From the NCBI RefSeq assembly GCF_001194135.2, contig NC_068990.1, positions 37,418,799 through 37,465,871 on the forward strand: 47,073 nucleotides of DNA, given 5' to 3'. Positions 1-12,965 of the stretch are shown in pieces. Below the pieces are notes generated by a model. It was not told the origin of the DNA, searched no databases, and saw only the letters and a list, made by a program, of their open reading frames with translations. Made by a program: the position numbers and the translations under genes. The number at the start of each line of letters is the position of its first letter. The first letter of the stretch is position 1. This stretch comes from Octopus bimaculoides. Lineage: Eukaryota.

Positions 1-243
1 GGGTGGCACATAAAAGACACCATTTCGAGCGTGGCCGTTTTCTTGCGGGTGACACGTAAAAGCACCCACTACACTCTCTGAGTGGTTGGCGTTAGGAAGG
101 GCATCCAGCTGTAGAAACTCTGCCAAATCAGACTGGAGCCTGGTGTTGCCATCCGGTTTCACCAGTCCTCAGTCAAATCGTCCAACCCATGCTAGCATGG
201 AAAGCGGACGTTAAACGATGATGATGATGATGATGATGATGAT
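1..243 (+). mobile_element. 3' part of an octopus-type SINE ending in a (GAT)n tail
   Basis: Contains GTTGGCGTTAGGAAGGGCATCCAGCTGTAGAAAC...CCAACCCATGCTAGCATGGAAAGCGGACGTTAAACGATGATGAT. Related copies at 3177-3321 (+), ~25560-25790 (-) and ~28295-28480. Confidence 0.8.
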
Positions 244-559
244 TATAGACATCATTTCTTTACAATCTTTGTTCAAATCCTTTTATTCTTTCAAGGTCGA
301 TAAAATAAAGTACCAGTCAAATACTAGAGTTGATAGTATCAACTAATTCATCTCTCCTCAAAACTGCCAAACTTATGTCTTGATTTGGAACTGTCATTAT
401 GTTTTAGGTTTTCCAGTTATTTTATTGAAAAACTAATGTCATGTCTTTATTGAAGAGCTAATTCCATTGTTATAAAGATATTGATAAAGATGACCAACAC
501 CACCACCTCTAGAATGATGTTTGCCTCTCAAACCCTCTTTCATGGGGCCAAAGAGATGA

Positions 560-815
560 TAGTCTGAAGGCGCTAAATGATTCTAGTGAAGAGGAAGTGA
601 AAACTGTAGTGAAGAAGTGGGTCAAAGAACAGTCAACAGAATTTTACAGGGCAGGGATACATGCTCTCATTCAAAGGTGGAATATTGCTATTGAGAGAAC
701 AGGTGACTATGTTGAGAAGTAGGGATGTGATCTACAGAGGACCAGCTTCATTTTGATGTATGATACATGTTCCTGTGTTGGTAATTATACCTGTCCTAAA
801 TTATAGGATATATAG
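560..815 (+). mobile_element. Mariner (Tc1/mariner) transposase C-terminal remnant
   Basis: Translates EEEVKTVVKKWVKEQSTEFYRAGIHALIQRWNIAIERTGDYVEK* (TAG 720-722), matching the typical mariner C-terminus (F...GI..L..RW..CI...GDY.E). Confidence 0.8.
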
Positions 816-921
816 ACACACATATTCACATCTACATGTGTGTATATATACATATATATATATGTATATATATGTATGTATATATACACACACACATGCA
901 TACATGTATATATATACACAG

Positions 922-986
<65 letters not shown>

Positions 987-2150
987 CAAACACACACACA
1001 CACATATATTTAATTTGTGTGAGTGTCTGAGAAGAACCGTCTTACTATAAGAATTTTTTGCGAAGAGGAAAATGATTTCAAAAATGATTATGACCTGTAT
1101 AATGAATATGTGTACATGTGCACATATATATGCGTATATGGATACACACACTCACACAAACATATAATATAATATGCACACTGAATCTCACCCTCAATAT
1201 GAACCCTTACCTCTTACTTACTAAAGCTTCTGAAATGAGTTTTAATGCCACCCTCCATTATATGCTTGATCCTCCTCCTCCACCACCACCACCACCACCA
1301 CCACGGCAGAATATCTAGACCATTTCCCCCATTCCTCTCCTGCACTTCATCACTCCCACCCACTTTAGTCAGTCCTGTTTCATTTCGTTTTTCCTATCAT
1401 CAACAACCCTTATAAACACTTATTTCTGAGGTTTCATACACACATATAAACACACACATGCACACATATTACTAGATAAAGACAGAGAGAGAGAATAAGA
1501 GAGAGACAGACAGAGAAGGGGGAGAGAGAGTGATAGAAAGAGAGAGAGAATGACAGAGAAAGATAGAGGCATACAGATGGATAGATAGATATAAAATCAT
1601 CCAGACACACAGTTATACATATACTATATACATATATCAAAATATATTTTCTTTTCTACATTTTCCCATATTTATGTTTATTTTTTATTTACTATTATTA
1701 TTATTATTGTTGTTTATTTTCTATTCTGGAGAGGCTTTTGAAAAGGATTCAAGTTGTATTCTTTACTGAAAGCTGAATGTGGGGCAATGTAAAGTCCATG
1801 GCAGCGGTGAGATGGTGAGCACCATTGTATCACCTATTATTGTCTCCTGTCTTCAGATTGGAAACAATTGTAAACGAGATAAGAAAACAATTTAATTATG
1901 GATGTGGTTGAAATGGATTGAAATAGTGGAAGATGAGAATTTGGTGTAGTGCTGGTGCTAGGGAAAAGTAAGGAGATGGATGGGAACTTGGTAAATAGAC
2001 AACAGAAAAAGGAAAAGACAATAACAATGACACAAAAACACACACTCATCAACACATAAATTCATTCATACAAACGCATAGACATACATTCATACACAAA
2101 CACACACATAGATGCACAATGCACAGACATACATATGTGTATCTCTCTCT

Positions 2151-2352
2151 ATCGAACGCTGACGAAGGGAAATAACCCTGAAATCCGGATCCGTTCGTGC
2201 TGCAGATCGTGGTGAGAGGGATAACTTCCCTTGGCAAACAGGACACAGTCGTGTGTCGATAAGCCAGCTGGAGGAGATGTCCTCCTGGGGCTAAAAGCAA
2301 CAGTAACATCCACCCCTAGGGGTCAGCCACACTTAAGTGGCAATATACTACA
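2151..2352 (+). mobile_element. ~200-nt GC-rich, hairpin-rich element headed by the HHR (retrozyme-like or non-autonomous PLE-like unit)
   Basis: GC-rich island between (CA)/(CT) and (TA)n repeats with five consecutive hairpins or palindromes after the HHR. Confidence 0.5.
2153..2197 (+). ncRNA. Minimal type I hammerhead ribozyme motif, apparently intact
   Basis: CGAACG-CTGACGA-AGGG-AAATAA-CCCT-GAAA-TCCGGA-TC-CGTTCG. Stem I is 6 bp, the CUGANGA core is intact, stem II is 4 bp, GAAA is intact, stem III is palindromic (UCCGGA), and the AUC triplet predicts cleavage after 2191. Confidence 0.8.
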
Positions 2353-2360
2353 CTTTATAT

Positions 2361-2418
<58 letters not shown>

Positions 2419-2689
2419 TTGTGTGTGTGTATATATATATGTATATATGTCGATATATGTGTATATACAAGTATGTGTGTGTGTGTCTGTGTATGTGAAC
2501 TTACATGTCAATACAAACAAAGGTAAGTGGGTGTTAAATGATGATGATAAGGATACAACTTAATTTATTTATCTATCTACTTCTCTCTCTCCTCCCCCCT
2601 CTCTCTTTCTCACCCCCCCTCTCTGTATGTAACACTGCCAAACTAGGACCCACTACCAGAAGCAGTTCATCTTTTATCTGTTACTTCTT

Positions 2690-2892
2690 TCTTTCTTTTA
2701 CTTGTTTCAGTCATTAGACTGTAGTCATGACAGGGCACAACCTTGAAAAAATTTCAGTCAAATGAATCGACCCCAAGGCTTATTTTTCCGTTAAGCCTGG
2801 TGCTGATTCTATTAGTCTCATTTTCTGACCCACCAAGTTACAGGGATATAAACACACCAACATTAGTTTTCAACCAGTGATGGGAGACAAAT
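2690..2892 (-). mobile_element. Degenerate 3' half of the major tRNA-derived SINE
   Basis: TTTTACTTGTTTCAGTCATT...ATCGACCCC...AAGCCTGGT is the reverse complement of the tail seen at 16150-16330 and 17200-17380. Confidence 0.7.
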
Positions 2893-3330
2893 TGTAACAT
2901 GTATAACATCCCAACACAGTCATCAGGCACAAACCACATAGTGTAACGAACTAAAAATGATAGAAGACACATGGAAAGCCAAGAAGAAAGCATATAGAAA
3001 GTGGGGAAGGTTAACCTGATGATTGTGTTGGGATGGTACACATGTTATAATTCATTATTTAACGTGTTCTCAGCATAAGAAACTATGAGTAGCACGTAAA
3101 AACATGTATTATGTCTATTAGATAATATTTAGCTCTATCCAGATGGTGTACTTGTTTTGTTGATCTTACCATCATAGGGCATCCTGGCGTTAGGAAGGTA
3201 CAAAAGCTGTAGAAACTTTGCCAGATCAGATTGGAGCCTTGTGCAGCCTTCTGGCTCACCAGTCCTTAATCAAACTGTCCAACCCATGCCAGCACGGGTT
3301 AAACAATGACAATGACGATGATATATACAT

Positions 3331-3399
<69 letters not shown>

Positions 3400-4294
3400 A
3401 CAGGCTTCTCTCAGTTTCTGTCGACCAAATCCACTCACAAGACTTTGGTTAGTCTGAGGCTACAGCAGAAGACACTTGCCCAAGTATTTACAATAAAATT
3501 CAGTTTATCATTGTCGCTACTTTCATTGTTATTGTTGTTGTTTAGCTCATGATGTGGCCTAATAAAACTTATCTATCATTAAATGACATTCCAGCCATGA
3601 CCATCATGTCTGTTTTTGTGACTATATTGTCTGAATCATTTCATTTTGTTTTAGACTATAGTATACTATGAGAGAGAGATTTGGATTTTGTTACTAGAAG
3701 GTCAGGCAATCACATTGAGAATCCCTTGTTAAGTTCTTGTAGCTATTGTTGTTGATGTTAATAGACGTTGTTGTAATTGTTATTGCAGTTATTGTTGTTG
3801 TTGTTATTGTTACTATTGAAGCTGCAGTTGTTGTGCAGTACGATAAAATTCTGAAGATTGAAATGAGTCAACATTCAAAGACATTCGGAAATGATGACAA
3901 ACAATGTTGTAAGAATTGAAAATAAAATTGGTTGTTGCTGTTGTTGTTGTTGTTGGCGGCAGCAGCAGCGGTAGTGGTGGTGGTGGTGGAGGGGAAGAAG
4001 ATGGTTACCGTTTATAGAGTAAAGAATTCGGGAAGAATTAGTCATTAGTAAACAAAGGTAAAAATTGGAATGCAACAGAATATAATGGAATGGTATAGAT
4101 GGTATGGACGGTTAATAAGATACTTATCAAAAAGAAGCTAAGGTAAAAACCATAACCTGAAATAACATAAACACAGGCACACACATTCACATATATATAC
4201 ACACACACATACATACATATATATATGCACACATATATATATATACATATAAATGTATATGAATATATATATAATATAAATAATATATATATGC

Positions 4295-4406
<112 letters not shown>

Positions 4407-4576
4407 ACACCCACACAAACACACAGACCCACACACACATATATATGCTCATATACATACACAGGTCCATTTCCATATATTGGAGCATGTAAATATGACA
4501 ATTATACAAAACAATTTGTGTAGTAGGCATGTATACATGTTTGTCTAACATGTATGTGTGTGTGAGTGACTAATGA

Positions 4577-4620
<44 letters not shown>

Positions 4621-6009
4621 CTCTTTGCAATTAGGTATATGTAGGGAGAAAGAAGATGTTTATGGAGTCCATTTGTGTTTGTAGCAGAAAGCAAAATCTA
4701 TTATTTTCATGGAACCAAAGACTGAAGCTGTTTATTCAACTTTTGTATTATCCTTTAGAAAAATAAGTCAGGAAGAATATATAACATATATACACAGTAA
4801 GGATATATACAGGGATATTATAAATACACAGTATGTACATGTGTATGTATATATGTACATATGCATGTATATATATACATATTTATACATAAGCATATAT
4901 AGTAAGGCAATAAATATACAGGAAGACCGTATTCCTTTGTAAGTTTGCTTGTGCTTATATCAAGAATGGTGTTGACTTATGCAGTTGTTTTCCTATTTCT
5001 GGGGATGACTACCACCACTGCTACTGCTGCTGCTACTGCATTCCATTTATTGTGGTTATTATTTTCATTTCAAAGTGGACACTAATAACTTTCAACCACA
5101 ATTGTATATTGGTAAAACATGAAGAGAGTTGTCAAACAGTATTCAGTTGCTTCCCTTATATGTCTGATTTCAAATCCTTCCAGGCTAAAGTTCCAAATTT
5201 ACTTTGTCATAATCAATAAAATACCAGTCATGCAATAAGGCTGAAGATGTCTTGGAGTTACTATACTTAAACAATTCTATATATCATAAGCAGCCATTGT
5301 GCATTTATTTAAGGATTCATTAATCATTACTTTGGGAAGTACAAGGAAGGCTATGCTTTGCTAATAAGGCCACAATAAGACTGAAACATGCCTGGCATGT
5401 TTTTCCCTCTAGTAACTGAATTAATTACAATAATATTTAGTGAGTGGAAAATATCAATTTTGTTTCTCTAACCACATAATTATAAGTAATTATCTCATTG
5501 TTTTAATGGAAATATGTTAATTCTGACAAAGCAAGATATATCGTGACACAAAACTTACTCTACCTCCTGCATTCTTCCTACAACCACCACCACCACCACC
5601 ACCTGACCACCTTTACTACTACCAACACTGCTGTTGCCACCACCACAGCTGCTGCTACTGCTACAACTACTACTACCACTACACTGCTACTACTACTATT
5701 ACCCTTCCATCACCACCACTACCAGACCTACCACTACTGCTACTATGAAAACTAGCTTATTTAGCATATTAATGTTTCAATTTGTTTTTGTGGTGAAGTA
5801 GGGAAGGTTTGGTGTTAATCTGGCAATTATTTACTGGAGATGTTTCATTATTTATAGCTTGGAGAATTTTTTCATTAATACACACTAATTGATTTTGTTA
5901 TGGTCAATTATTATCTTCTAATTTGTTTATTGCTTCTGTTTTTATTTTCTTCACATTGACACTGATTATTCTGTTGTTATGTGTTTTTTGTTTGTCTGTT
6001 ATGTGTCAG

Positions 6010-6212
6010 GGTCAAAAGTACATTTGTGTTGTGTCTGGATATCAGTTGTTTCGGTAGGGTCTGATCTAGTCTGGTCATCTTCTACTGTTTTGCTTTGTTT
6101 CCTGTTTTTTTTCTCTTTAAATATGTTATTTTTTTCTTTTTATTATTTTTTTTTACCTCTCTCGGTCTCCAGACTATGGCCATGCTGTGGTGCTGCTTCA
6201 AAGGGGATTTAA
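6010..6212 (+). other. Candidate exon pair 6010-6053 and 6173 onward, with a 119-nt GT-AG intron; product unknown
   Basis: Acceptor tgtgtcag, donor CG|gtaggg, then a long polypyrimidine tract ending ctccag. One spliced frame reads GQKYICVVSGYQLFRLWPCCGAASKGI*. All three frames are open across the junction, so coding status is unresolved. Confidence 0.25.
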
Positions 6213-6359
6213 TCAGTTGTGTTGGACCCAGCTTATATTTTTGCAAACCCCTTTTTTTCTGACATTGATAAGTTATGGAATGCAAACACAGACACCATAA
6301 TCTTCAGAGAATATTAACACACAAAGACAGACATAGACACAGGCACATATATACACAGA

Positions 6360-6580
6360 TATCATCATCACCATTTTTCATGTTTTTTTATAGGTCAGAC
6401 TGAAGTCATTGAGGCAAACTTTCTCTGGTCAGATGCTTCTTTTGTTGCCAACTCTATCCTGTTTCAAAGCAATATTTCCTCATGTCCAAATGTTTTCTTT
6501 TATGGAAGACTGGAAACAAACAGCATCACTCATAATGACAGTGATACACATTGATAACTATCACATGATGTCAAGACAAG
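6360..6580. mobile_element. Degenerate octopus-type SINE fragment
   Basis: CATCATCACCATT...GGTCAGA...GGAAGACTGGAAAC...ACTATCACATGATGTCAAGACAAGG resembles a common octopus short repeat (recognised from memory). Confidence 0.5.
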
Positions 6581-9500
6581 GGTAGGAAAAAGTATTCTAA
6601 GGAGCTAATTTTCTTATAAAAAGCATTTGAAAACCTATTCTGTCTCTTTATTTGACAATATTCTCTTGACACTAGCAAGTCTCTCTTTATTATCCTGACT
6701 TTTTATGCAGACAACAGTTATGTGGCAGGTTTTTTAACCTTTTTGATTATGCTTGTATTTCACTCTCTTGATAGCAACTAAGTTCTACCTTGGGCTAGTC
6801 TCAACAGAAGTTTTCCCCATTGAAGATGTCTCTATTTAACTTCAACACATTTAACTTTACATTGACACAAAAATATGAAAATATTTATGTACATTTTTTC
6901 TATATCATTTTTGCAGCTTATGTTTTCCAATTTACCTATCAAGGCACATTTTAACAAATACATTCATGTGCGCTATTGCAAATTAATATCAAGCATTTTC
7001 AATGTTTGAGCTCTATATTTAACCTTGGTTCTCACATTGCATTCAATAGAATTATTGTTGTTTCATAATACCAGCAAGCACAACTAAGATATATTTTTTC
7101 TTGGTAAATAAGAGAATTAAATACAACAATTTTTTATTGTTATGCATATGAACTAACCTTTAGATATCCCGTATTATAAACCAGACTTTCAAATATTTTC
7201 CTTAATCTGACATTTTTTTTATTACACTAGCTCAGAACATTTTGCATTTTTTACATAATTGGCCAGCACTTGGTTTACAATGCTTTGCCATCTCTACACT
7301 TTTTCAGTCAGCCTTCAACTGCTTTCATTTTTGCTGTTGATGTAACTAGCTGTTTTCATAGTTGTAAAAAGCAAAATTTCACTGATTTGCTTCACTCAGA
7401 AAAAATAACCACTTAAGATGCAACAATCACCAGTTATGAACAACATTGATCAAACTAACTATGACTCAGATGTTCCACCATTTCTTGCATGGGACACTTC
7501 AACAATAACAAATATAAATGTGGAATTACTATTTTTCTATAGAATTCAAAAGAAAAAAGAACAAAAATACAGCAAGATCCATCGAATTATTGTCACAGTT
7601 CTAGGTTTACACAAAGACAATATCATGGACAGTTTTCTAGTCTATTACTTATTCCAGCAATGAATCAATTTATTTTTACTTCCTTTTTAACTCATTTAAA
7701 ATTTTAAACCATTTTAAACATATCTTTTCCTAGTCTGCTGCTCAGTAACAAGTACTTCTTTCGTATTTCCTTTTCTCTCTGGATTTATGTATCCAATGTT
7801 GATTTTATTTTACATGCTTACTCTCTCACACAGTATCATTTTCGTTCACTCAAAACATTTGTTTGTGACTCACAGAATGCATTGAGACAGAATTACATTA
7901 TGGAAAAGCAGTTCTCACACAACTTGCTCACTGGAGACTCACAGTACATGTTATCATAAGTACACATATCTAAAGAACTCTCTCACTGACTTGATATATT
8001 TTCTAGAGAATAGAAAGGCATTTTCTTATACATGCACATAGACCTGAATGCAGGTATAATTCATGTGATAACTTAATTATACTGCTGTGTAATGAAAATT
8101 TACTTTTTAACAAACTGCAGTTTTTGTGTTGGCTGATTACTTCGCACGTTCAAAAGAACTCGTTGAAAGTCTAACAAGATAATAAAGTCCCAGGGGTTAG
8201 GATTACAATTATGCTGATGGAATTCAATAATTTTTTAAAATTACGTTTTAAAAATATCTGCTTCATGTGATGATTTGAAGGTTTAGCTATTATTTCATTA
8301 TGTTGAATGTTTTAAACATTAAATGATATGTTGTCTGTTTCTCTAACTACCAGTCTATTTTAAAATTGTTCTAAACATACCATCCAATTGTTTTTGTCAT
8401 AATTACAGTTCAGTACTCTCTCCCACGAGACTTTGTTTCCTCATAACACTTTTAATAATGCATACTTTCACATGCACAAAATAACTTAACTAACATATTT
8501 TATATTTTCCATTTTGAAGATTTCCTGCCTCGTATACATTTTCATGTACTTATTTAACATTGTTTAACAGTATTAACACAAATGAAGAGAGGTAAGAGAA
8601 TTGAATGTCTTGCTTTTATGCAAAGGAAATGAACACTGTTGATACAGGTTTTTGCAATAGTTTTTACCATTCTCTCATTATCTTTTCTGTCTAGACATTT
8701 TAGACATTTGTGTAATAGATATTAGTCATTTATTCTTCTTTCCCTATTCATTCTCTTTGTTACAAAAGAAAATGAAAAGAACAATGTTTTCGATCAATGA
8801 CTGGTTAACTTCTTTTACACTAAGTAATAGTAACTAATGCTATAACTTTGGTTTACATGTATCCCATTATTAAACTATCTTATAAAATTCTCTTCTTCAA
8901 ACTTTCAAGCTCTTTCTTAATAATAAACGCTATTCCAACTGCCAACATTTTGGTTTGCCAGTGCCATGAATAATGTTTTAAAGAATCGAAAGTTAATAGT
9001 CTATTAAGCCAATTTTTTTTTTATAAAGACATATTCTCCCTCTCACTTCCTCTTTCTTTCTTACTTAGTAATAAGTACTGGTCGCAAACAAGTCGCAAAT
9101 TTTAATTTTTTATTCTCACCACAAGTATTTCAATTGCTCTTCATAATGGTTAACTTCTACTTTGGAATAACCATAACAGAATTTCTACAAGTAGATATGT
9201 CTATGCTAATTGATTTTCTTGTACTATGACCTTTTATCGTTTTTATCCTTCATGCTATTAACATGAAACCAAGAAAGTACCTATACATATTTTTTCTGAC
9301 ATTTCCACAACATTAGCTAATTGTCCCAAATGTCTTCAGCACATTTATATAACCTGTAGTGAATTAATATCTGTATATTTCCATGTTTAAATTCAAAATT
9401 TAATCTGTATTCTCAGACTATGTTCAATGGAGTTAGTGATATTTTATAAAACCAGTAAGAGGTCTTGCAGAAACCTTGTTCATTCAGGCTCAGTTTCCTG

Positions 9501-9913
9501 AATGAAGAGATAGAGGAAGTTCAAGATGGCTACAGGAAACTGGGCTGCTATTGGTCAAAGTGGGTCACATGGTGTTATTAGAAGTGAGATCAGCATTTCA
9601 TTGATACCAGATACATAAGAAAGAAGAATTTCTTGACCCATGTGACTAACCAGAAAGCTGGTGTCACTTCAGAGTCTGACCTGCCTTTGGAGGGACTCGG
9701 AGGTAGATAGAAGCATGGCCAGTGAGGGATTATGTGTACACCAGATCTTTGACTGTACAGCTATTGGTATCTGATGTCTATGTGTGTATGTGTGTGTAAG
9801 ATAGTGTGTGGTTTAAGAGTTTGCATGTAGGTTACGCCTAATGGGATTAGCTTCTCGATGCATATATGAGTATTTGGTTGGGCATATGTATGAGTGGGTG
9901 CAGGTACATATCA

Positions 9914-10028
9914 GCCATATATGAGAACTCACATATGGTAGGCATATGTGAGTACTCACATAGGTAGCCATATGTGAGTACTCACATAGTTAGGCATATG
10001 TGAGTACTCACATAGTTAGGCATATGTG
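9914..10028. repeat. 26-bp tandem minisatellite with an 18-bp perfect palindrome per unit
   Basis: Units at 9941-9966, 9967-9992 and 9993-10018 each contain TATGTGAGTACTCACATA. A diverged unit lies at 9914-9940 and a partial one at 10019-10028. Confidence 0.9.
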
Positions 10029-10282
10029 TCAGCTGCATATGTGTTATTGCTGGTATGAGTGTATGTATATGTATGTGCTTGTATGTGCATGCCTGAATAT
10101 GTGTGCATTAGTTCCTACTATATACATGTCCATGTGGGAACATGTTTAGGATGAATCTACAGGCATGCGCATATGAATAATTCATAAACGTGAGTGTGTA
10201 CATTCTTGCATTTGTATGCGGATGTATGAATGTGTATGTGTTAGTCTAGGAGAACATATATGCATGTATGTGATTTTATCAT

Positions 10283-10284
<2 letters not shown>

Positions 10285-10369
<85 letters not shown>
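10285..10369. repeat. (CA)n microsatellite, one of dozens of (TA)n/(CA)n/(TACA)n tracts in the window
   Basis: Direct reading. Confidence 0.98.
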
Positions 10370-10371
<2 letters not shown>

Positions 10372-10396
10372 ATAGATACAAGCCAGTCTTTGTCAT

Positions 10397-10815
10397 TAGG
10401 AAGCACGTTTTCAAACAAATGGCTTTTGATTCAATCCCACTGTGCTACATGTTAAGCAAATGTCTTCTACCATAGCCTCAGGCTGACCAAAGCCTTGTGA
10501 GAGGATTTGGTAGATGGAAACTGAAAGAAGCCTGTCATATATATATATATATAGAGAGAGAGAGATAGATAGAAAGATAGATATAGATATGTAGATATAT
10601 ATATGCATGTGTTTGTGTGTTTGTGTTCGTCCCCTCACCATCACTTTGACAACCGATGCCGGTGTGTTTATATGTTCCTGTAACTTAACAGTTCATCAAA
10701 ATGACTGATAGAATAAGTACTAGGCTTACAAAGAATAAGTCCTGGGGTCGATTTGTTTGACTAAAGGCAGTGCTCCAGCAGGGCCACAGTCAAATGACTG
10801 AAACAAGTAAAAGAG

Positions 10816-10817
<2 letters not shown>
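10397..10817 (+). mobile_element. Major tRNA-derived SINE, diverged copy
   Basis: Eroded head, then AAAGCCTTGTGAGAGGATTTGGTAGATGGAAACTGAAAGAAGCC, internal microsatellite, and tail CAAATGACTGAAACAAGTAAAAGAGTAA. Confidence 0.85.
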
Positions 10818-10861
<44 letters not shown>

Positions 10862-11887
10862 CTAAGATTGAATCTTTTGAGCATTACTAAGTGTATTCTA
10901 CATGGAGAATATCAGGATCTCATCTGTGAACTATATGTATGTATGTATGTATGCATGTGTGAGGAAGTACATATTTAAGTGATGGGTATGTTCCTAGTAG
11001 TAAGCTGATGAAGCACGTTCACTGCCTGTGGCTACCTGACATCATCCATGGTATTTACACAAGTGTTGTTGGATCTACCTCAGGAAATTCTTCAGTGTTC
11101 ATTGAGTATATAATACAAATGATAGAGATGGGAAAGGAACATACGAAAATATACATAATGTGTGTATGTGTGTGTGTGTGTGTGTGTGCGCGCTTTAAGT
11201 TGGGTGGCTGACACTTCAAAGTCACTGTCAATAATATTCTTGTTGAAGAAGAAGAAATTTGTACACTACAAAAGTATAGAGTAACCCTTCAGATTAATGT
11301 AAAATTGTTTTTCTTATAACTGAACATAAAAACAAATATTTATATACACACATATGTATGTACTTACATATATGTATTTATTTATATATATGTATGTGTG
11401 TATGTATAGAAATATACACATATACACGGTTACATATATTGGCAGACATATAAATAAATATTCAAATATATAAATAATTATATTTAACAAAAGCTATAAG
11501 CGTTGTTGTTTCTCTTGAGGACACTTTGTTCGCTAGCTTCATGACACAAAAGGCATATCAAGCAAAAGACCCTCTCTTGGAAACCAGATATAAGATGGCA
11601 AAAAATGGGGCATCTGGCTGTAAAACAATGTTGCAACAATATATTTGTCTCATATATTCTAGCTTAGAAAAACAGACATAAAAATTAATGAACGATACTT
11701 GTATCCATATGTATCTATCAATCAATTATCTATTAAAATAATCTATTTTATCTCTCCTATAGTCATTGTCTACTTGTGTGTGTATACATTTATATACATA
11801 CATATATATATATATATGTCTATATATATAAATATACACATATATATAGAGAAATAAATAGACAGACATAGATATACATATATGTAT

Positions 11888-11931
<44 letters not shown>

Positions 11932-12363
11932 NNNNNNNNNNNNNNNNNNNNNNNNNNNNNNNNNNNNNNNNNNNNNNNNNNNNNNNNNNNNNNNNNNNNN
12001 NNNNNNNNNNNNNNNNNNNNNNNNNNNNNNNNNNNNNNNNNNNNNNNNNNNNNNNNNNNNNNNNNNNNNNNNNNNNNNNNNNNNNNNNNNNNNNNNNNNN
12101 NNNNNNNNNNNNNNNNNNNNNNNNNNNNNNNNNNNNNNNNNNNNNNNNNNNNNNNNNNNNNNNNNNNNNNNNNNNNNNNNNNNNNNNNNNNNNNNNNNNN
12201 NNNNNNNNNNNNNNNNNNNNNNNNNNNNNNNNNNNNNNNNNNNNNNNNNNNNNNNNNNNNNNNNNNNNNNNNNNNNNNNNNNNNNNNNNNNNNNNNNNNN
12301 NNNNNNNNNNNNNNNNNNNNNNNNNNNNNNNNNNNNNNNNNNNNNNNNNNNNNNNNNNNNNNN
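11932..12363. other. Assembly gap; other gaps at 18808-18886, 22577-23242, 34565-34855 and 46744-46758
   Basis: N runs, mostly flanked by (TA)n. Confidence 1.
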
Positions 12364-12907
12364 TATATATATATATACATATATATATATACATATATAC
12401 ACACATATATATATATATGCACACACATACATATATGTGTATATATAGATATATATATGTATATATATATATACACACATATATATATGCATACATATAT
12501 ATACATATATCTATATATATACACACACATATATATATGCATACATATATATACATATACCTATCTATATACACATACATATATGTACACATAGACACAC
12601 ACACATATATTCAGACAAAGTACTGATATATGGCAGACAGAAAATAATTGATTCTGACACAGCTTTTAATGTTTACATTTCTTTCTTAATTATTCTTAAA
12701 ATATCATCTTGAAGTTTTTTTCTGTACACATACATGCATATATATGTGTGTGCGTGTGAGTGTCTGTTTATGTATATATATATTACGTATATATGTCTAT
12801 ATATATGTATATATATGTGTGTGTGAATATATATATATGTATATATATGTATATATCTACATGTATATATATTATGTATATGTTTACATGTGTATACACA
12901 TACACAC

Positions 12908-12965
<58 letters not shown>

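Noticed and set aside
2225-2305. HDV-like ribozyme suggested by a hairpin followed by GGCTAA
   Set aside because: No upstream P2 partner for AAGCAAC and no P1/P3 nested pseudoknot found.
9914-10028. CRISPR-like palindromic repeats
   Set aside because: No unique spacers of suitable length, no cas genes, eukaryotic context.
11005-11020. Isolated CTGATGA (also 27952, 28195, 42085, and CTGACGA at 46490)
   Set aside because: No stem II or GAAA follows; expected by chance.
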